From Octopus vulgaris (lineage: Eukaryota): a stretch of DNA of 64,000 bases. The translations under genes and the position numbers were made by a program. The stretch covers positions 127,534,001 through 127,598,000 of the forward strand of contig OX597818.1 in assembly GCA_951406725.2 (NCBI GenBank). Direction: 5' to 3'. This document shows positions 1 through 12,339 of this stretch, piece after piece; position 1 is the stretch's first letter, and every line of letters begins with the position of its first letter. Under the pieces are notes generated by a model that saw only the letters and a program-made list of their open reading frames with translations, was not told where the DNA came from and ran no database searches.

Positions 1-403
1 CAGCTCGCCGCCTTTTATATATATATATATATATAAACCCGTCTGCGCGCGCGTTTGTGCATGTAATTATGTAAACGGTTCGATGAATACGGTGTACTTT
101 TTATAATCTGAGCCGTTTATGGCAAAATCCAAACAAATATATATGAAAAGAATCAGTTGTGGTACAATATAATATAATATAATATAATAGCGGTATAATT
201 CTTTATTCTTTTTATGTGTGCGTGTACGTATGAATCCATATATTTATTGTATGTATATGTGTAAGCACGTCGGGTGGGAAAGGAAGTAGGTAGATATGTA
301 GAGTTGCATGTATGTGTAGATAAATAGGCCTTTATGAAAATATATATTTGTGAAGATATGTATATATGTATATACACAAACGCCTGTAGATACATACACA
401 ATT

Positions 404-451
<48 letters not shown>

Positions 452-454
452 CAT

Positions 455-519
<65 letters not shown>

Positions 520-521
<2 letters not shown>

Positions 522-710
522 CATTGTAATATTTTGTGACAACCAGTACTTAACACAACAAAGGTTTTACAAAGTTTTACATTTTACTTTTGACAATCTT
601 TTTCTAAAAAAGTGAAACCGGTCAAGTGAATAAACATCTTTAAAATTACATTTTCAAACCTTCTTTCATATATATTTCCTCTCGTGCGGTACCTTAAAAC
701 CTCATTTTGT

Positions 711-712
<2 letters not shown>
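520..712 (+). mobile_element. Short Penelope-like (PLE) pLTR fragment between (TA)n/(CA)n tracts; paralogous to ~57705-57978
   Basis: About 170 bp of clear similarity to 57810-57978 (gtgaaaccggt.aagt.aataaacatct...ctcgtgcggtacc). Contains a hammerhead-like motif followed by AATAAA. Confidence 0.55.
584..629 (+). ncRNA. Type I hammerhead ribozyme motif with U3-A8 core variant
   Basis: Stem I TTACTT/AAGTGA, core TTGACAA (590-596), stem II CTTTTT-CTA-AAAAAG, GAAA (614-617), palindromic stem III ACCGGT, GTC cleavage triplet ending at 623. Confidence 0.6.
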
Positions 713-747
<35 letters not shown>

Positions 748-823
748 CTATTGACAAACATGCGCGCGCACATTTATTTTTAAATATTCAATAACCGTTA
801 CAAAACTGGTTTCAAGAGCTAGA

Positions 824-867
<44 letters not shown>

Positions 868-885
868 TTAGAAAAGAAAATGTGA

Positions 886-938
<53 letters not shown>

Positions 939-1099
939 TATATACATATATATATGTATGTATGTATGTATATAAAACATATATAAACACACTTCACATA
1001 GATATGCATGCATACATAATTATGTAGAGGATTTTTTTTGAGCCCCTGATTTCAAATTGATGACCCTTCTATTCCAGGCACTGTTAAATATTAAAAAAG

Positions 1100-2386
1100 C
1101 CATAAAATCCCAAACATTAAGAAACATTTTCTTCCATATTTATTTGCATTTCGTTCCGTATTTATTTGCATTCTCGTCGACTGTTGCCAGTTTTATGCCG
1201 TAAACTGTCCGATAACATAAGGTTTTCTCCCGGAGTTCTTCGTTTAATCCCCCCGCCCCCGTTTGGCAAACTCTCATTAATGTATGCCTTTACATTACCC
1301 TCGTAGCATGGTGGCGGTGATGGGATCATCTAGCTCTTGGAAGCTTAGCATGACAGATTATCGCAGTAAGCTCAAGTAAATGAGACCACTGTCCAAAAAG
1401 AATGTTCTAATTCAGTGGTTCTCAACCGGAGTCCATATGGCTCTTAGGGGGGTCCATATGGCCCTTAGGGAGTCCATATGGCCCTTCGGGGTCCATGTTA
1501 AAATTTATGTGAAATAAATTGGTAATACTTCTTCAGGGAAAAAAATTTTTTTAATATAATTTCTAATAATAATTAATCATAAAAATATAACAGGATTTTT
1601 TTAACATCGAATGGTTAAGGTGGGAAGGCATTAGAGTAAAATAGGAATCAAAGGGACCCGTAGGTAAAACAATGGTTGAGAAAGACTGGTCTAATTGATC
1701 CTACTGTAACTCCTGGTAAATTAACATGATGTCCCTTTGTATTATGTGGTTTTCAGTTCCTCAATAGAGGTAATTGTGGTGGTTAATTAAGCTATATAAT
1801 TTAAATGTAGTCTCATCACTCCAAACAGTCTTTGTTGGAATGTATGCATGTCTTGCTAAGTACCACTCGCAAAACTTCAGTCCTCAATCCGGATCATCAT
1901 ACGACCTAATCACATACGTAGATCATCTCGTAAATGAGAACATGGACTATTTTGGGGATGTATTTTCCCAATGACAGCGCTTCAAAATGCGATGCTTGAT
2001 TTTGAAATTCCTTTCTCATGAATCACTAATCGTAAAGATTTCCTTTAACTCTGGTAGTATGTTTCTTGCTTTGGGGTACTCGACTATGACTGCTGTCTTC
2101 CGGAATGTTTCTTGCGAACATCCTAAACAGTTCCATATAGATTCAAATTTATCTCTAATTTGTGTAATGGGAACTAGCGTAAGTGGATCTGTTTGAAATT
2201 CTCTCTTAAATTTTCTTAACACTTCGATTGTATTTTCAAACTTTCCTTACTACTACTTTAGGATAAATTTTGTTTGTTCAAAGTTTAGTCAGATTCCTTA
2301 TCACTTCTATTTGATTAAATCTAAAGAGAAATGGAAATTTAGTAATCAACTTTTAAAATGTGTATATACATTTTTGGGACACACTA
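1100..2386 (-). mobile_element. Degenerate Tc1/mariner-superfamily transposon (DUF4817-type HTH plus DDD domain), interrupted by a hAT MITE
   Basis: Minus-strand remnants LRKFKREFQTDP..IRDKFES and [31 protein letters not shown]-like end tagtgtgtcccaaaaa next to TA at ~2386. Left boundary approximate. Confidence 0.7.
1413..1688. mobile_element. Non-autonomous hAT (Charlie-like) MITE
   Basis: TIRs CAGTGGTTCTCAACC / GGTTGAGAAAGACTG. 8-bp TSD TTCTAATT (1405-1412) / GTCTAATT (1689-1696). Internal ~21-bp tandem repeat ggagtccatatggcccttagg. Confidence 0.8.
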
Positions 2387-3082
2387 TATATATATATACA
2401 TTAATTTTTAGGAACATGTATTTCCTCTTTGAATATATTCAACATAAAAGGTGTCAAAAAGAAGAACACGTTTATGCACTGACAAAAACAAACACACGTA
2501 CGTGCGCATATACATTCATACATACACACATGTATATATCACCAGATATATATATATATACGTATGTGTGTGTACATATATATATACACTCACACACACG
2601 CCTACATATATATATATACATACACATACACATATGAATATATATCTATGTATATACATACGTACATGTACATACATACCTACACACACATATATATATA
2701 CGTACGGGTAAGTAGGGGTAACAGAAAAATAGAGATAATAAAGAAAAGATATTGAACAAAGCTCAAAAAGAAATCACCACTCCCTTCGTTTAAACTTATT
2801 ATTAGTCCCAGAGCTACACAATACACATTGCATAATCCGGTTGGGAAGGTAATATATGAGTGTGTGTGTATGCGTGTGTACCTGTGCCTACCTGCATGAG
2901 TGTATGATGTATGTATTTATGTATTTATGTATTTATATGTGTGTGTATGTATGTATGTATGTATGTTTGTAAAGTATGTATATATGTATGTATGTAATGT
3001 ATATATATCTATGTATGTGTAATGATAAGGGAAGGTAACGTAGTATGCAGTATTATTCAGTTCAGGTTATCTCGTGTGTGTA

Positions 3083-3147
<65 letters not shown>

Positions 3148-3640
3148 ACACACCCACACATACGTGCACACACACACACACATACACACACACACATAGT
3201 TATACAGATGGAGAGAGAGAAAGAGACAGACAGACAGACAGAAGCACTATACAACAACAGGATAAGTATAGATGTAAAATAGACCAGTATATTTACTTTT
3301 AATAAACAAATTTAGCCTCAAATTGAAAATTCGAGAGCGAGATTAAACTATAGGGTTTTATTTCTGTGTCCAAACAGAGTGATTAACCTAAGCAGTTTGA
3401 AACTTATTTAGCACTTCATCGGCATCGGATACTAATTTCTGTCCTCAGGCAGACGGAACAGTATCTCATGGTTTACTCTATTTTGGAAAGAATTTAACTA
3501 GTCTGCTTGATAATTTGCATAAACGTGCGAAGGTTTTCCTAATTAAGGAGAGAAACTATTACAGTTTAATCATGTCAATGTTTTCTGAGCGAGGCTAAAA
3601 GTGTTTACTGCAAAATACGCACTCCTTAATTTATCTTGTA

Positions 3641-3968
3641 CTAGCAGTATCGCCCGGCGTTGCTCGGGTTTGTAAGGGAAATAACTATATAAGCATTTTT
3701 AGAGATGTAAAGTATAATAGCCATCTCAATATAGCTAACCACAAAGCGGGGTATTACTGTAGCTTTTTACGTTCTGAGATTTAATAATACATTTTTAGAG
3801 AGTTACTTCCCTTATATAATAGCAAATAAATGCATTAAAAATGGGAAAAAATGATGGTAAATTTTTTTAAAATCGTAGACTCATCGTAGACGCGCGCTAA
3901 TATGTGGGAGTAGTTAGGAATCTAAATCGTAGGAGACAGACACACAACTTCACTTTTATATATAAAGA
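3641..3968 (-). mobile_element. Non-autonomous Helitron
   Basis: On the minus strand it starts TC(TTTATATATAAAAG), ends with hairpin CCCGAGCAACGCCGGG plus CTAG, and sits between A and T with no TSD. Near-identical longer copy at 19526-19921. Confidence 0.8.
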
Positions 3969-4330
3969 TTTCCGCTAAGCACCGTGTATTACTACTTTTA
4001 TTGTGCATGTGTGTGTTTGTGTGTGTGAGAGAGAGAGAGAGAGATAAAGAATAGTTAACGTCATCACCATTATTTTTTTGCCTTATCCCTTGTGCTTCGC
4101 CATTCCATCAAATGTCGTACGATCTTCGGGGTAGATGCGTAACGCACCAAGTCAGACAACTTTTTCATCTTGTCCTGTATCATATATACTTCTTTCGATG
4201 GAACAGATAACATTCAACATATCAAATATGGTTGCCTTGCAATTGCTCTTTCAAGAGCATGACAGACACTTTTTGAGATAAAGAGATATACTATTTTTCT
4301 ATATTTTTTTCGTTTACAGGAAAAGGACTG

Positions 4331-4617
4331 TTGTTTGTTGTTTGTTCCTTCTCGAGCCATGCCTGGCTCATAAGGGCCGGTTTCCCCGGTTTCTTGGCGT
4401 ATAGGTTCCGTCGCAGGTGAGCTGCAAGATGCAGGAGGAAAGAGTGAGAGAAAGTTGTGGCGAAAGAGTCAGCAGAAGTTTCGTCATTACCTTCTGCCGG
4501 AGCCGCGTGGAGCATAGGTGTTTCGCTCATAAACACACACATCGCCCGGTCTGATATTCGAACCCGCGATCCCTCGACCGCGAGTCCGCTGCTCTAACCA
4601 CTAGGCCATGTGCCTCC
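4331..4617 (-). mobile_element. tRNA-derived SINE (tRNA-Arg-like head, family B, tail type T2)
   Basis: A box TGGCCTAGTGG and B box GGTTCGAAT on the minus strand, (AAC)-rich tail, perfect 15-bp TSD ACAGGAAAAGGACTG (4316-4330 / 4618-4632). Confidence 0.85.
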
Positions 4618-5204
4618 ACAGGAAAAGGACTGGGTTTATAGATACGCATTTTTTTGTCACATAGCTCTGCAAGGCATACCTTTTCTTCACCAGTTATTTT
4701 TAGCTCCTGATTACTCAAGGTCGCGTCGGTGAACGAAGGAAGGCTGGAAGCGCTTTCCCTATTCTTCAATTCAAACTCAACATTCATTCATTCGTAGGAA
4801 TAAATGTGTGAGCGTATTTCATTGCAGCTATTGTTATTATCAGTAATTCTGTCGTTGAAATTGTTCAGAACATGATGTTTTCTATATTTTTTTAAGGTTG
4901 TGAAATAAGTCTACATTGCTGGGAAAAATTTTCTGTTTACTGTCCGGAAAAACTGCTGGTTTCGGTTGTCTTCGTTTGCTTACTTGATTGTTTGTTGTAC
5001 GAGTGTGCTTTTGCATACTGTAGCCATTTTATCAGCCAACGACGTGAATAAAGACATTTTTTTCGTCGGAAATTGAAGTAGTTTTTTTTCCTGAAAAGCG
5101 TTGAAAATAATGTAAATAATAAGATTCTCATATCTCTCTGTCATTGAAAGATATTTTTCTACGTGAAAATGGGCGAAATGGCTCGAGACACGTCTGGCGA
5201 TTTC

Positions 5205-5320
5205 AAAGGATGAAAGGCAAAGTCGACCTCGGCGGAATTTGAACAAAGAACGTAGCGACGGGCGAAATACCACTAAGCATTTCGTCCAGCGTGCTAACGA
5301 TTCCGCTAGCTCGCCGCCTT
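5205..5320 (-). mobile_element. SINE family A, partial (5' half)
   Basis: Reverse complement of ggcggcgagct.gc.gaa.cgttagcacg...gttcaaattccgccgaggtcgactttgcc, as in the full-length copies. Confidence 0.75.
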
Positions 5321-5356
5321 AACAACAACAACAACAATAATAATAATAATAATAAT

Positions 5357-5712
5357 GAAATTGAAATACAAAAGATGCGGCATTTTAAAGTGAGAACTCT
5401 TCCTGTTACTGTGGGTGCCCTAGGTATAACAAAAAAGTGATGTCAGAAACAACTAGATAATATCCCAGGAGAACCATGTCTCAGAGAAATCCAAAAGATT
5501 GCGCTGACAAGTACTACCCACATCCTTAGAAGAACCCTATCCATTGAAATGTCTGTGCTATATTTCATGAAGATATTTCGCTACTGCCTCTGCCACGCCC
5601 CCTCCCCAAACATTTGGTCATACTGTAACATCTCTTATCTTTCGCTCGCCCCAGGACGCTGGGTGTTTCTCGGCAAGTGATTGTAACAAACATGCAGATT
5701 ACAAGTAAAAGA
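5357..5712 (+). mobile_element. R4/Dong-type RLE retrotransposon, short 3' fragment
   Basis: Translates EIEIQKMRHFKVRTLPVTVGALG..QKQLDNIPGEPCLREIQKIALTSTTHILRRTLS. 3' UTR matches the 12340 element. (TAA)n-type tracts on both sides. Confidence 0.8.
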
Positions 5713-5757
5713 TAATGATGATAATAGTAATAGTAGTAGTAATAATAATAACAATAA

Positions 5758-6390
5758 TTCTTTCATTTATTGGCCACCAGGGCCAACATATAGGGTACAA
5801 TACAGTAGACGTAGACAGTGGGTGTTTTACACAAAACAACGAGTATACAATTAAAACAATAACAATAATGTCAAACAAGAACAATATAACAATGAAAGTT
5901 CTCCAATGGGGTGGGGCACCTGTAGTTGGCTCAGGTACCCCACCAATCCTGAACCACTTGGCGCTTCAAAAGCTCACAAATTCACTAGCCTAGAGGCACG
6001 TTTCGCTATATTCACCCACCTTTTAGCAAATGTACTGGGTGGCAGCACTTCTCTCTTCACCTTCATCTTCCTTTCCAAGTGAAATCTGAAAAAGTTGATG
6101 AGAAATTGGCCGAAGAGAAAATTATCTATCTTCAGTCCTTTTAACCTGATCCACTATACAATCTTTTTCGCTACTGTTATCTGACAGAAGAAAATTGTCT
6201 GCCCTTCCGGACAAATGGAAGGCGACGGGTCGATCTTCACTAAGGACTTGGCCAATAGCCGGATTCGTCCTACGCGTGATAACAGCTGTTCAACATAACT
6301 CCACAAGTCAGTGATGCACGGACATTGGACGAGTGCGTACAGAACGGTTTCATCGCTCAGCGCGCATCTCAGGCAGGTCCGTCTGAGAAA
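5758..6390 (-). mobile_element. Tx1/L1-clade LINE, 3' fragment (zinc-knuckle region and 3' UTR)
   Basis: Minus-strand CLRCALSDETVLYALVQC...INFFRFHLERKMKVKREVL..FAKRWVNIA. 3' end ccctggtggccaataaatgaaagaa lies tail-to-tail with the Dong fragment. Confidence 0.7.
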
Positions 6391-6780
6391 ACTTTACAGA
6401 GACGCGGTTTAAAAAGGTGCGGTGGGTTTTACAGAGAAATGAGATGAATGAAAAGAGAAATGGTATACGCGGTATTCAAATCTGAACTAGATTCCCAGAG
6501 AGGAATACCATCTAGGACCAATCAAGGAAACTAGGAGATCAAGACGTTGGAGTAGTGGCAAGCGAGATGCGGCATTGAATGTTTACATAAAATATAAAGG
6601 AAAGTGGAGGCAATGGTTAACAATGTAATAATTAAAAGGATAATGTTTCCGAATGAGCAGGTAGCCACCAGTCAATAAACCACACATGTCTCCAGGATTA
6701 CCCTGACTAGTAAAGGTAAGTACTTTCTCTCTGCTGTATTCCATATATTACAGGTGTATACTGAGAGTAGGGCCATACAT

Positions 6781-7660
6781 TCAGCGTATGTTCGCCACCG
6801 TCTTCCACCTTTCCAAAAATTTACAAGCGGGTAGTACTTCCCTATCCATCTCTATCTTCTTCAAGCGAAACTCGAAAAGGCTGATGAGGCTTTGCCAAAG
6901 AGAAAATTGTCTCTCTTTTGTCCAATCTTTCAGTCGCTTGTACAACGCAAGTGCTTTTGCCATAGCCATCAAGCGGAGGGAATATGTCTGCTCTTCTTGA
7001 CCAAAGAAAGGCGACAGGGTGATCTTCAAGATGGTCTCAGCCGATGACTGGATCTATCCTTCACAAGGTTATCATTATTCAACAGAATTCAACAAATTAG
7101 CAATGTTCACACACAGACACAGATCTTTGGTTAACAGTTTTGGACAGGACTCTACTGACGACATTTCTGTGTATATGGAATATATCTCGAATCGGTGTTA
7201 CCTCTTAGTAACATTTCTAGACCAGGAGTAGGCGGTGAGCTGTCGGAATCGTTAGCATACCGTGTAAAATGCTTAGCGGCATTTCGTCCATCTTTAGGTT
7301 CCGAGTTCAAATTTCACAGATCGATTTTGTCTTTCATTCTTTCGGGGTCGATAAAAGAAGTACCAGTTAAGCACTGGGGTCAATCTAATCGACCTATCCA
7401 TCCACCGAAATTGCTGGCCGTGTGCCAAAACTTGAATGCAGCATGTCTAGACCAGGAATTTCATGAAGTTATAAATTATCCTCGGACAGACTGTTCACCA
7501 GGAAAGATTAGCTGGTTGATCTTCGTCCACCAGAGTCTTCTATAGAATGCAAACGTAGCAATTCCTATGGCTGCATTGCTCGACAGTTGGAGAGTTGTGA
7601 GCGTCTGACAATATTCCAAGCACCGACCTTGGTTTCTCTTGACCCACCTGGAAAACATGT
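6781..7660 (-). mobile_element. Degenerate Tx1/L1-clade LINE 3' fragment, interrupted by a SINE
   Basis: ORF 6781-7029 (AMAKALALYKRLKD..LISLFEFRLKKIEMDREVL..FLERWKTVA) resembles the C-termini at 5758-6390 and 55867-56127. Upstream extent is tentative. Confidence 0.55.
7229..7440 (+). mobile_element. SINE family A, older subfamily
   Basis: Head ggcggtgagctg, core ttcggggtcgataaa...gtaccagtt, tail ggccgtgtgccaaaac. Flanked by direct repeat TCTAGACCAGGA. Confidence 0.75.
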
Positions 7661-7663
7661 TGT

Positions 7664-7699
<36 letters not shown>

Positions 7700-7998
7700 C
7701 GATGAGGATGAGAAAGGGAAGGAAGAGTTGGATCATCATCATCCTCATTCATTATTTTCGTCGTTGTCATCATCATCGTCGTCGTCATCGTCATCAACAG
7801 TCATCATCATCATCATCATCATCATCATTATCATCATCATCATCATCATCATCGTCGTCGTCGTCGTCGTCATCAACACAGTCTTAATCATCATCATCAT
7901 TATCTTCTTCTTCTTCTTCTTCTTCTTCTTCTTCTTCTTCTTCTTCTTCTTCTTCTTCTTCTTCTTCTTCTTCTTCTTCTTCTTTTTCTTCATCTTCT
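7660..7998. repeat. Compound trinucleotide microsatellite (GAT)n ... (CAT)n (CGT)n (CTT)n
   Basis: Read directly from the sequence. Confidence 0.95.
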
Positions 7999-8138
7999 AA
8001 TTCCAAAATACATGGCTAAAAACAAAAAACAAACAAAAATCTAACTCTGATGGAACTGGCAACAAGTAACATTTGGTTATCTAATGGCACATTGCAGTTA
8101 AATGGCCTTTCGTGAATACAAGCAAATATATATTCATG

Positions 8139-8204
<66 letters not shown>

Positions 8205-9055
8205 CATATTTGTATGTATATATGTACGGATATGTGTGTATGTATAGATAGATAGAGAGAGAGAGAGAGAAATGTATGTGCGTATATGTATACATGTGTA
8301 TATATATATATATACATACCTATATATAATATATGTATATATTATGCATGTGCATGATGTGTCAGTTTGAAAATCAACGTATAATAGACTCTATCTTGGA
8401 TCAAATGGCTATTTCGATATCGAATGTACATATATAAGCACATGAATACACGTATATATGTATATATGTATGTGTGTATGTACGTATGTGCATGTGTAAG
8501 TATATTTGCATATATATGTGCATGTGAATGTACTGTGTGTGTGAAAATGCATGTTTAAATTGGTGTGTGTATATACATGTTTAAATTTATGTATGGACGT
8601 ATGTATTCGTGTATGCATGTATGTCTATATGTATATATGAATGTATGTATACAGCCATATTGACTGTAAACTTTCTTGACAGCAGGCTGTTACATGAAAT
8701 ATAACCGCGTTAACAAGAATATTGTTTGAAAAGCAACATTTAATGTATACCTTGGCGAACCATTCTGGCATTGTTCGCTATTTGTTTCGGTTTTAAATAA
8801 AATTTTTAAAAATCAAATAACAAAAAAAAAACATCTGAAAACACATAGAGCAAATTCAGTGAAAAAGTTTCAGGTAATTGAGAAGATAAAAGATATATGT
8901 GTTGGGGGGTGAATGTATGCGTGAGTGTGAGTAATTGTTTGTGTGGTTTTGCATGTGGAAGTGTGATGTAGAACTGTGATTACACATACACACACACATA
9001 CACATATACACACACACACATACAGGTACACATATATATGAAGGTATACATTCGA

Positions 9056-9095
<40 letters not shown>

Positions 9096-9132
9096 TTGAA
9101 TGTATACCCTCATATATATATGGGCATATATA

Positions 9133-9227
9133 CAGGGTGTTCCAGAAGTCTTGGGCACATTTCAAGTCTTCATATCTACTGGACTGTTTGTGTGGTTTTG
9201 TATGTGAATGTGTGATGTAGAACTGTG

Positions 9228-9283
<56 letters not shown>

Positions 9284-9826
9284 TACAGGTACACATACAG
9301 TAGTAAGATGAAACTGGTACCATTTTAAAGCTAAATTCATTAAGTTTCTTTGTAATGCTAATGATTTTTTCATATTTTTTCAGATCCAGTAATGGCGTTC
9401 ACTCAACCAGAAAAGGCGTTTTGCGTCCTTGAATTTGCAAAAACTGAATCACGGACACTTGTTCAACGTGCATTTCGCACAAAATTCCGAAAAGAGGCAC
9501 CAGAAAGGAACTCCATATTGAGATGGCATGGTAAATTCATGAAGGATGGGTGTTTGTGCCTAGGTAAGAAAACAGGACGCCCCTCAACTTCAGATGATAC
9601 GGTTGAGCGAGTTCGAACTGCCTTCGAGCAGAGCCTCCGTAAATTGATAAGAAGAGCCAGTACGGACTTCATATTCCAACAGGATGGGGTGCCACCGCAC
9701 TGGAGACTCATGGTTAGACAGTATCTGAACACAACACTGCCAGACAGATGGATTGGACGGTCTGGGCGAGATGATCGCGTTCTCATGCCCTGGCCTCCTA
9801 GGTCTCCAGATCTCACACCTTGCGAT
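9133..9826 (+). mobile_element. Internally deleted Tc1/mariner transposon
   Basis: TA plus CAGGGTGTTCC left TIR at 9133. ORF 9392-9922 joins an N-terminal HTH (EKAFCVLEFAK..VQRAFRTKF) directly to FQQDGVPPHW..WIGR..WPPRSPDLTPCD, so the central region is missing. Confidence 0.85.
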
Positions 9827-9922
9827 TTGAATATCTTGTCTTGGTTTGTCTCTGAATCATATCAGTATGGTGGAAAGTGTATGCGACTTGCTATGCACGC
9901 CTTATTGAACCTAAATTTTTAG
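9392..9922 (+). pseudogene. Mariner-type transposase remnant (in-frame internal deletion; C-terminus is read-through)
   Basis: QQDG-PPH and WPPRSPDLTP motifs are present; the first catalytic Asp region is absent. Confidence 0.8.
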
Positions 9923-10145
9923 GTTGTTTAATCGCCGGCGAGGCAACTTTCCGAGTAGGAGGGCGCCACGGCAAGCATGTAAACTGCAGGCGTGAACCTC
10001 GGTGACGCCGACTGTGGGTGCAATAACCTCACACACAGATACTGCTGACATTTTTCATGGGCAATGGTCAATGATGGTCTTCTTTAGTCACAAGTGGACA
10101 TCCATCATACATATATGTGATCGTGGGTATGCTTGAACACACACA

Positions 10146-10564
<419 letters not shown>

Positions 10565-10660
10565 CATACATGTATAAATTTTGTATACATTTATACATAC
10601 ATGTATAAATCGTTCTCAGTGGAAGATTTATAATAATTAAAAATAGAAGACATGCATGCA

Positions 10661-10734
<74 letters not shown>

Positions 10735-11390
10735 TACACAAGCACAAAGTTTCAGTTTAAATTTGACAACTTTTTTTGTCTCTTCTCTTTTGAGGAACGG
10801 CTTGATGTATTGGTGAACAGTTAATGGCGTTTGAAGAGCATTGAGATAAAATTTGTTGTTGAGAAATAGTTTGCTGACATGGAGGGCCGGAAGCCATATA
10901 CATATTTTAAACAGTTACCGTTATCATGATGATTAGTGCCGGGTATCAAAATGGCGATATAATGACTGATGCTCAATGCTCTGTAAAGGTTGTGACGGTC
11001 TTTCGGCGTGTCTCCAGTGCGGCGGAGACCTCATACCACTCCACATATTTTAACAAGGCCCAGTTAGAATTTTCTTCTGGTCGAGTAGCCCATCCCGCTC
11101 AAAAGGTCCCTGAATAAGGATTGTTTAAGGATGTTGAACGAAACACCCATGTTTCCAAAGGTGAATTATCCAAACCTCCAAGAATTCCTTTCAACACACG
11201 GCTATGATGTCCTCCACTACTTCTGCTCGTGATTAGAGATGCACATATCGACAGCCACTAAGGGACATGGTCAACTGGTTAAGGTCAAACAACTGACAAG
11301 CAAATCTGTGGTATTGAACAGAATATTTGCTGTAGCCCATCTTTTATACCAAGACAAAACAATGTTGTTGTTGTTATTATTATTATTATT

Positions 11391-12155
11391 GTGTTTTTTC
11401 CTTCTTTCTTCAAATTTTCTTCCGTTTCTCGCCGAGTGTTTTCCATACACCTAGGGTAGAGAAGCTCATTGAATGCATTCCCAGATTACACACGCAAATT
11501 CACAGATAAAATATGTATTTAAAAATTAATAAATAGATAAATTCATGAATGGATGTTGTTTTCACAGCAATAATGCTCTTCTCAGTACATGAGCCGTTCC
11601 AGTTAATACGATTTTTTGCACTTACTGTAGGGATGGTAAGCCTGGAATCATTTTTAAATAGGTTTCAGTACCTTTTTTTATCATTCCTTGAGATCCTACA
11701 ATCACTGGTACTGTAGTTGCCTTGAGATGCCACATTTTTTCAATTTCTATTAGCAGGTCTTTATATTTACTAATCTTGTCAAATTCTTTCGCCGCTATAT
11801 TGTGATCGCAATGGATACTCATGTCAATTAATAAACACATCTTTTTTGTCTGATCTTTTATAATAATATATCCGGTTTATTAGCTTTTATAGTCTTGTCG
11901 GTCTGTACGGGGAAGTCCCATAGAATCGACACATTTTCTCCCTCAGTCACAGCTTCAAGATGGTGTTTATACCATTTGTCAGCGGTTTTGATTTCATAAT
12001 ACCGACATATTGTCCAATGTAAATACTGGCCGACTCTGTCATGTCTTGCTTTATATTCTGCAGGTGCTAAGACTCTACACCCTGAGATTAGGTGGCCTAT
12101 TGTTTCAATCTCATTGTTACAGAATCGGCATTTTGGGTCAGCTCCATTTTTTTAG
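11391..12155 (-). mobile_element. R4/Dong-type retrotransposon, 5'-truncated degenerate copy
   Basis: KNGADPKCRFC, CLLIDMSI..KEFDKISKYKDLLIEIEKMW. Same subfamily as 48015-49549. Bounded by TAA-type tracts. Confidence 0.85.
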
Positions 12156-12211
<56 letters not shown>

Positions 12212-12271
12212 CATGATAATTATTATTATCATGATTATTGTTATTATTATCATGCTTATTATTATTATTAC

Positions 12272-12338
<67 letters not shown>

Positions 12339-12339
12339 G

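Noticed and set aside
9365-9395. Strong splice acceptor (tttttcag) suggesting a host exon
   Set aside because: It lies inside the mariner element just before the transposase ATG, and no host-like exon chain was found.
9830-10110. Possible RTE 3' end (also 26925-27230)
   Set aside because: Similarity is too weak to support without an alignment.
10880-11362. Non-microsatellite stretch with short ORFs (10926-11117, 11239-11454)
   Set aside because: No recognisable protein motif; probably an unclassified repeat, but this cannot be supported from the window alone.
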